Assembly (NCBI GenBank): GCA_963575745.1
Contig: CAUYUJ010000243.1
Coordinates: 1 to 64,000 of the forward strand
DNA length: 64,000 nt
Source: Prorocentrum cordatum
Lineage: Eukaryota
Direction of reading: 5' to 3'
Numbering within the stretch: position 1 is the stretch's first letter; each line of letters starts with the position of its first letter. The position numbers were made by a program, and so were the translations under genes. Positions 55,446-64,000 of this stretch are shown here, in pieces. The notes under the pieces were generated by a model that saw only the letters and a program-made list of their open reading frames with translations, searched no databases and had not been told where the DNA came from.

Positions 55446-58400
55446 TCGGCCTCACTACAGGAGGATCACGCGCAGCTTCGCCTCGCCCGCACGCACGGCA
55501 CGAACACGAAGCCGAAACCGATTTCCCGGTGGGGGGTCTCCGTTTCACTGCGATCTCAACCCCCAACCTCCGATTCTTCCCCCCACTTCCCATATGTTCC
55601 CATATTTTCCTGGGAGTCGAGGAATTCATTGTGTCTTTGTGTTTCTCTCCCTCCTGAGAATGATCCTGGTCGTCTGGCTTCCGGATCAAACCTCAAGTCT
55701 CCGGACCGACCGTTCCGGACGATCCGACCAGCCCCAGACGCCCCTCGGCCAGGTGCCGCTGCTGGAGAGCACCCCGAGGCTGGACTTCAAACCGCCTACC
55801 TTTAACGTTGCCCCTAACCTCTTCCTCCTCCTCTTCCTCCCCCTCCTCCTTCTCCTCCTCTTGGGTGTGGGCGAACTCCAATGTCTAACTCTGAGACAGC
55901 AGCAGCAGCGCAGCTGCCAAGAGATAGCCAGACGAGGCAATCTCTTATCATGAATGCCGCTCGCACATCAGGACCATGCTCTGACACTTGAGTGTCCATT
56001 GCTTGAAGACCTGCGGTGCGCGCACGACATGGACACAGTGAGGCGGAGGAGTTCCTCTTCCTCTTTCCTGGCTCCCTCGTGGCCTCCCTGGGTCGAATGT
56101 TGCTAGAAGTGCCCCTGGCCCAAGGTGCCCCCAGGACTTCCGAGGAGCCCCCCGCGGCCTCCAGAGCACCCTTGATGAGGCCCAAATGGCCCCAGGAAGG
56201 TCCAAAATAGAGCCAAAAACTGGGAGCAACTTTTGGCCAGGAGCACCATTAGCAACCCCCGACCTTCGAATCGGAAGAACGAGGAGAGAGAACAAATTGG
56301 TGAGCCTTCATGGGAGCCCCTGTGAACCTCCGCGGCCCTATGATAAACGTGATTTCGTCCAGGTTTCGTTTAGATTTCGACCACATTTCGTCCACCAGAA
56401 TTCGCCCAGAGTTCGTCGAGAATTCGTCCAGATGCCGACCAGGTCCGACCCAGGGGCTCCAACGCGGAGCGAAAAGCTGGGGGCACATTTGGCCAGAGGC
56501 ACCATTGGGCCTTGGGGCCTATGGCCGGGAGCCTCGCAGCCGTAGGCCGTGGGAGGGGTGAGGTCGCGCGCGTGGGGACCGGGCCGCCCCTCGGAGGCTC
56601 AAAGATGGGGTCCCGAGGAGAAATGGGGTCCCCTCCATCCCCGCTCTCCCCCCCTGCTCGGGGGGTCCCATCGAGGCCGTATCTGGGAGTGTTGCCCGTG
56701 CGCAACCCGAAGCCTCACCGAGGAGGACGAGGTGCCTCAAACAACGTAAATCCACCCTTTGATCCCATCCTATCCTTTCTGCACGATGACGTGTAATTCC
56801 AATATGGGGGACGATTAACACAACATTGTTTCCGAAATGTCGGCTTCCACTTCGCTTCGCCTCCGTCTGGCCCGTCGACTGTTCAGGCGCGTAGCCAACG
56901 AGGGCGGGAAGGAACGATCCAAAAGCAGTCTCTAGGCCAGGGACCCGATTCTCGAATCATCCATCACCCTGGGCGCCACCGCATGAACACGACCCCCAAG
57001 TAACTTCCTGATCACCCTCCTGCAGTGCGGACGAGGTGCCTCACACAGTGCGAGATCCACCCATGGATCCCGTCCTGTCCCAACTTTGAACCACCGAGCC
57101 CGGGCGGAGGGGCCTCCGCCTTCAGCAGTCCGCCGGCGGCCTTCGGCACCTGCGGGAGAGGCCGCGGGCGGCGCTCTGGGGGGGGGAGGAGCTGACCAGC
57201 CTCGATCTCAACTTGAGACAATCAAGCCAGAAGATGAAAAGAATATTCGAGGAGATCGGTTACAGAATCGGTTTGCCCCAAAATCAACAGGTTCGTCGAA
57301 TCTGAAACACCGACTCGAGCTATAGGATCAGTATCGGGCTGATGTGTCGTTCCTTGCGGGACCCGTTGTGCCAAGCTGACTACTGATGATGTGCATGCTA
57401 AGGAATGGAACAACACTGTTCCAACATGTGCCAGAAGTTACAGTGGAAAAGACCATCCCAACCATCCCTACCTTAGCCTGGATTTCCAGGTTTGGGAATA
57501 CACATCCTCTAAACTGACAAGCCCACACGCGATGACAACCTCAGGGACGTGCCCTCCCAGGCTGAAGGATTCATTAATCTTGGCGTCCAATTCAGGTGTT
57601 GCCAACGACATCGGAGACTTGTTTAACCATCCAGAGAGCGCCCAGTGGCAGGGTGGGGAGGGAACGACGACGAAGGACGACACGACGGGGCCGCGCGGGG
57701 GGGGAAGGGAGAGGGGAGGGGGAGGGGAGGCGCGCGCGCGGCCCGCGCGCGCACGCCAATGACATCGGACACGGGTACGTATGCTCCAGGCTGGTACGAA
57801 GCAGGGCGGGATCCTGCCTCCCTCGCCCCTCCCTCTCTGAACGTGAACGTCGAGCAGAACACTCCGATGTTTCGTACTCTGCGACTCCAATGCTCTGCCC
57901 AGCAGCCCCTGCGCTGAGGCCCACAACGGGTTCGGCTGCTCACGCTCCAGCGACCAAGGCGGTAAGCGCCAACCTAAACCTCAATTCTTGTGCCTAACTT
58001 CGCGCATCGTCTCCTGCGATGCGCGACGCACCGTTACCTTCGCGCCCTCGCGCCTCGCGCCGACGCCCTGGAGAAGGGCAGCTCTCCAGCCAAGCCCCGA
58101 CGCGGGAACCGCGACTATCTTTGGGCCCCTGGGGGTGACCTAGCTTCACGTCCCTCGTGCCTCCCAGCCTTCTCTGTCTCTCCTCCTGCATCTCACCTCT
58201 CCTCCTCCCTCCTCAACTCGTCCCTCGCTCCTAACCCAAGCCACCACCACCACCTCGTCCCTCCCCCCTCCGCTCCTCCTTCTCCTCCTCCTCCTCCTCC
58301 TCCTTCTCGTCCACCCCCTCCTCCTCCTCCTCCTCTTCCTCCTTCTTCTCCTCCTGTTTCGCCCCCGCCTCTCCCCGCAGGCAGGGCCGCGTCCCGCAGC

Positions 58401-59889
58401 CGAGCTGGGGTCGGTGCGGGGGTGCTGCAACTCGGGAAGGGCCTCCTCCGGCCTCTTCTCCCTTCGCCCCGCAGCTGCGCCCTGCGGTGGCACCAGGGCC
58501 GTGCTGGGACGGGCGGGGCCCCATCGGAGGTGAACGGGAGCTCTCGCGCAGCCCGTCCCCACTCTGCGTCACTGGTGTCCGCCCAGCACGAAAGGCCGCG
58601 GGCCCCCTTCCCCCTGGAGGAGCTGTAGTTCTATCCTGCTGCACTTTGAAATATTGCTTGTTCCCTCGTACATGGTGCGACTCTACTGCGCGTCACTGAC
58701 TCCGAGAACAACCCCATGCTGGCAAAGACCCCGTATCAGACACTGGTAAGCTGTCGTTGCCGAGCAATCTCAAGCGACAGCTCTGAGGCTGCTTCATTGC
58801 ACGAGTCGTGTTCGTGACCTGCTGAAGATGCACCATTCTCTAAATCACGCCCGTATAGGAAAAAGAAAAGCGAGCATAAACATCAGCGTTCGGACGTCCG
58901 CGCGAGTGTCTCGACTCTCCGCTGGCCCTCGCCTCCCTGGCGCGCAGAGCGCACCAAGGGCGGCACCAGGAGGGGCCCAGCGCTCAGCCTCTGATCCAAC
59001 ATGCTTTGCCTCGCCCAACATGCTGGCCATCGCGCTCTCGAACTCGTCCCTGCCGTTCGCTATGCTACCGAACTGGTCGGATACCGTGGGCTCCGCCGTA
59101 CGGCTGTGCACTTCCGTGTTCGGCGTCCGCTGAAGCATGCAGCCGATGCGGCTCTGGCAGTCCATGGAGCTGCTGGACAGAAGATCGTGCGATGTCGCAA
59201 CTTTTTAGCACATGCGCCGCGCGCTACCCGCGTGGTACTTCAATTCCAATGTTTGCTTCGCATGTCGGGCAATGTGTTTGTTTGTGGCTCCCACCTCCTC
59301 AGAACAACACGTTTGACCGTAGGTATCACCACGAACGCCTTGTTCATGTAATATGATATCTGCCGTTGCGCTACTACGCCGCCTATGTTCGGCGGCATGC
59401 TAAGGGGGTTGGGGGGAAATGAGAAGGAGACGGCCTTCTCAGAAGGCGGCGGTGCTTCTACGTATCAGAAGGACTCTGGCCTTCTGACCTGCGTTCTGTG
59501 CCTTCGTGGAAGGCGTAGGAAACTTGTCAGAAGGCCGGGGGATTTCCGAGCCTTCTGAGCAGGCCCGCCCCTCCTCACTCCCCCCCGGGCTCGCCGCCGA
59601 TACGTGAACCGGACGCATGTCTTTGCCAATATCACGTCCACCTCAGTGGCGAGATTGCTTGCGTGGCCATACACTAAAAAAGGTGCCACGCGTGAATCGT
59701 TGATCTTTCCTTGGCCAGTGACACAAGATTGCCGCAAAAGGGAGGCGGATCGAGGCAGGAAGCGGAGGGACGACAATGGGAGAGAAGGAAAGAATCTATA
59801 ACCTAGCAGGCGCGAAGCCAGACCACACTTATGAGAAACATATAAACAGCGACGGCAACAACGGAAACGACAAAAACGGTGGCGGTGAC

Positions 59890-62800
59890 CTCTCCCTCCT
59901 CCTCCTCCTCCTCCTCCTCCTCCTCCTCCTCCTTGGAGCTCAGTGCTAGTGGCAATGATGCCTCCTCCTCCTCCTCCTCCTCCTCCTCCTCCTCCTCCTC
60001 CTCCTCCTCCTCCTCCTTGGGGGGCGGCGGGGCCCGCCCTGGGGTCCATCAGGGCGCGCTGCCCCTGGCGCACGAGGTCGGAGGCCAGGGAGCCTGGCGC
60101 CAGCGGCCCCCCCGCTCGGGCGTCGCTTCATCGGGGCGGGTGGGGGGCGGCGCTTTGGGGGGGACGAGAGGTGCACTTCCCGGGCCCCGAAGGGCCCCCT
60201 TTGGAGCCCTTTGTGGGCCCCCACGGGGGCCCCGCTGGGGACCCTGAGGGGCCCCGTTGCTGCAGCCCTCGCCGCTCCCCCATTGCGCGACGCGGTATCG
60301 GGGGCGACCAAGGGGGGAGGGGGGGCTCGCGAGGCACGGCCCGAGGCATGCGCGCGGACAGGGGAGGAGGGGGGGCAGGGGACTCACCGAAGTAAAGAGG
60401 GGGGGGGCATGAGATCTGGGGAGGTATCGTGGCTCCGGGCCATGATGCCCGCCCTCACCCTAAGTCGTCACCACCCACTTGGCCGCCCACGGAGGGAGCC
60501 TGGGCATCAACACGTGGTGGGGGGCCCGCAGGGTGGCAGGAGCGGCTGGCAGGAGGAGGAAGAGGGGCTGTGAGGAGCTAGTATTGGGGAGCAGGAGGAG
60601 GAGGAGGCAGAGGGGGAGGAGGAGGAGGCAGAGGAGGAGGAGGAGGAGGAGGAGGAGGAGGAGGAGGAGGAGGAGCAGGAGGAGGAGGACGAGAACAAGG
60701 ACGAGGAAGGAGGAGGACGCGGAAGGAGGGTCTAGGAGGGAATCGGATGAAGGAGGGGTCAGAAGGGGCCAGGAGGCACGAGGAGGGTGGAGGGGCTAGA
60801 GGGGGCTACGAGGGAGGAAGGACCTGGACGGGCGTTAGGGGAGTTTGGCCATGTTTCAGATGTCGTCAGCATATCTGATCGCGGGCTCCGGGCCCACGCC
60901 CCCCCCCCAGATGGGATGGGTCCTAGGGTCCTCGGTCCCCCCCCCTCCCCAGATGGGATAGGGGGAGAGGAGGAGGAGGAGGAGGAGGAGGAGGAGGAGG
61001 AGGAGGAGGAGGAGAAGGAGGAGAAGGAGGAGGAGGACGACGACGACGGCGATGACGACGACGTCGTCGACGACGACGACGACGCCACCGACAACGACGA
61101 CGACGACAACGACGACGACGACAACGACGACGACGTCGACGGCACCACCAGCGGCGGCGGCGATGAGGTCGAGCACCGGAGCTGTCAACATGACGCCAAT
61201 CCCAGCCACGCGCCGCACCCACACCGCACCCACAGGGGGGGAGGGAGGGGGGGGAGGACCATGGCGTCACCCCGCACACACCCACAGCAACACACCACAC
61301 CCACACCACATCCACAGGGGGGAGGGGGGAGCCACCACGCCACGCCCACGCCCACAGGGAGGGGGGGCATCGCGGCGGGGGGGGGGGGGGGCGATGGCAT
61401 TAGCATTGGGGGGGGGGGATACCCTCCACCATATATCGGTGGCCGGCAAAAGGGTAGCCGATGATATCCATAGGTTCCGGGATGGACGGAAAGGATAGGA
61501 TGAGGAAGAGGAGGAAGAGGAGGACAGGAGGAGGAGGAGGAAGAGCAGGAGTAGGAGCAGGAGGACTGAGGAGGAGAGAGAAGATGGGAGAAAGGGAAAT
61601 GAGAAGGATGAATGATGAGGAGGAGAGAAGGGATGAGCCACGAGGAGGGATGCGGATGAAAGATGACGATGAGGAGGGAGGGGGGATGAAGGAGGGGGAG
61701 GAAGAAGACGAGGGCGAGACAGAGGGAGCCTCACCCTCTCCTCATCTTTGCCATCCTTCTCTGGCTCCCCCTACCTGGACATTATCTCTCCTGCGTCGTC
61801 TCCGCAGTCTTCTCTCCTGCTCTCTCCCTCAACCCCCCCTTCCCCGGTGTTCCCCGCTTCCCTTTCCATCCCGCTCCCTCGTAAAGTCGGGGCTGATTGG
61901 AGAGGACACGCAAGGGAACACAAGACCCTTCAGAGGGCCACACTGCCGTAGGAATGCAGGAGGCATGGGGCGCGCACACACACAGGACAAAAGGAACAAG
62001 GGTACCCTTGGAATCCGCAGGGTCGAACTACTCATCAGCCTCGACTGCACGCTCTGCTCCTCCGTCTTACCTTCGAATACCCTCGGCAGCCTAGCCAAGT
62101 ACCGAACGGATTGCACGGGAGCCTCAGGGCCTCCTTCAATGGGGCTTGACATGTCGACTCGCTCCACCGGGCAGCACTGCACGAGGAAGTCAAGCAGGAG
62201 CCGCAGCCGCCTAAGTCTGCAAAAGAGCAACAATGCTCCTCGTGCACCCTGCTACCTCCTCATTCCTCCCCTTTATTGCCCCCTCCCCTCCTGCACGGTT
62301 TTCCCTCCCCACAGGCCTTGCGATGGTCTCGGCCACATGGCGTCGGCCGTGGCCAGGAAAGCTCGCGGTAGCTAAACGCCGCGGCCAGGCCCGAGGAGAA
62401 ACAAGAGGAGGAACAGGAGGAGGAGGAGGAGCAGGAGGAGGAGGAGGGAGGAGGAGGAGGAGGAGGGAGGAGGAGGAGGAGGAGGAGGAGGAGGAAGGAG
62501 AAGGAGGAGGGGGAGGAGCAGGAGGAGCGAGAGGAGGAGGAGGAGGAGGAGGAGGAGGAGGAGGAGGAGGAAGGAGAAGGAGGAGGGGGAGGAGGAGGGG
62601 TAGGTGGAGGAGGAGGAGGAGGAGGAGGAGCAGGAGGAGCAGGAGAAGCAGGAGGAGGAGGACGAGGAGGACGAGGAGGAGGACGCTCCTCTTGGCGCTC
62701 TCGTGGGAGCCCCTTGGGGCCCACGGCAGCGGGGAACCGACCGGGCGGCCGCCAGCCCGCCTGCATCTGGTCCGCCTGCGCCTGCCGGGCCCCCGCCCCT

Positions 62801-64000
62801 CGAGGCCTGCCCAGGCGTCCTGCGACCGCTGCAAATGTGAGCAGGGACCGACCGTCCCGGCATTTCTATCGGCCTGACACGAAATATTCTTAGAACCCAG
62901 AGATGTGCTAAGAACGCTGTCCTTAGAATATAAAGCCGACGTGTTAAAAGAAGGAAGTCCCAACCAGAAATGTTATAAAAATATTTCGTGGAAGCCACAG
63001 AAGGCTCTTATCAGTGTTTGGTGGGCCTATAGGCACGCCAGGAGGCTTCGCAACTGCTTGACAGATGCCCTCACCCCTGCGAAGCCAAAAAATCCCTCCG
63101 CCGCCGCCGCCTCCGGCTCCTGCCTCCTCCGCCTCCTCCTCCTCCTCCTCCTCCTCCTCCTCCTCCCACCCCGCTTGACGTTGCGCCAACTTGAATCCTC
63201 TGTTTGTAGCGTTCTCCTCCTCCTCCTCCTCCTCCTCCTCCTCCTCCTCCTCCTCCTCCTCTTCCCCCTGCCTCCTCATCTTCCCTCCCGCCGCCTGCTC
63301 CTCCATCCTCAACCGCCGGCTCCCGAAAGTTGGACTCCTCGTCCTCGCACCCCCTCGCTTCTGACAGGAGGAGGTATGGTAGGGGGAGGAGGAAGGGGAG
63401 GGGGAAGGGGAGGGGGAGGAGCCATCAGGGCTCCTCCCCCATCCCGCTCTCCCCCCCTACTCGGGGGGGCCTGTCGAGGCCAGCAGGGGCTACCTGGGGA
63501 GCCCCTCTGTGTGCAATCCGAAACCTTACCGAGAAGGAGGAGGAGGAGGAGGAGGAGGAGGAGGAGGAGGAGGAGGAGGAGGAGGGGGGGGGGTCCCTCA
63601 TCCCTGGAGGAGGAGGAGGAGGAGGAGGAGGAGGAGGAGGAGGAGGAGAAGGGGGGAGGGAGTAGGAGAAGGAAGAGGAGTGGCAGCATCCCGGGAACAT
63701 TCTGATGACGCCATCGAGTCGCATCGAGGAACAGGAGGAGGCAAGCCGCCCCCGCGACGCGTTGAGGCCCCAGGCGCCCGCTTGGGCAAAGTTGAAGGTC
63801 TGCGCCGAGAGCCTCCGGCCCAACACCTCGCAACGGCCGGCCGCGGCCCTCTCCCGCTGCTCCGTGTGCCCTCGCCCTCGCCCTCCTCGTGGTCGTCGTC
63901 GTCCTCGTAGTCGTCGTCGTCGTCGTCCTCGTCCTCGTCCGCGTGGTCGTCCTCGTCCTCGTTCTCGTCCTCGTCCTGATCCTCGTCCTCGTCCTCGTCG
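59890..64000. repeat. Region dense in (CCT)n/(GGA)n/(GAC)n triplet tracts
   Basis: Tracts at ~59895-60015, 60590-60720, 60965-61140, 62400-62685, 63120-63260, 63530-63650 and 63890-64000. Confidence 0.9.

Overview
This is a GC-rich, repeat-dense eukaryotic window. An exact 22-nt dinoflagellate spliced leader (TCCGTAGCCATTTTGGCTCAAG, minus strand) and GC/GT..AG|G introns point to a dinoflagellate nuclear genome. Nearly all recognisable coding sequence is on the minus strand. From left to right: (1) a degenerate non-LTR (LINE) retrotransposon of more than 12.8 kb, with APE endonuclease and RT preceded by very long extra ORFs. These carry signal/TM-like segments, an HGT..Y-type ADP-ribosyltransferase-like domain, Cys clusters and a recurring 15-mer. 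(2) A co-oriented cluster of a C5-cytosine DNA methyltransferase, a Zn-ribbon protein, a KH-like protein and an intron-containing CMC/EnSpm/Plavaka-like transposase, which is a candidate DNMT-carrying DNA transposon. (3) An unassigned, decayed retroelement-type polyprotein. (4) A 5'-truncated LINE with RT, RNase H and a Zn finger. (5) A duplicated processed retrogene for a plastid-type SAM methyltransferase with SL, relic SL, poly(A) remnant and a 19-bp TSD. (6) Two Helentron/HINE-like elements that carry a 90-bp satellite; one still holds the 3' end of a PIF1-like helicase. (7) About 16 kb of microsatellites, dispersed repeats and unidentifiable fragments. All family assignments come from motifs read by eye; no database search was run.
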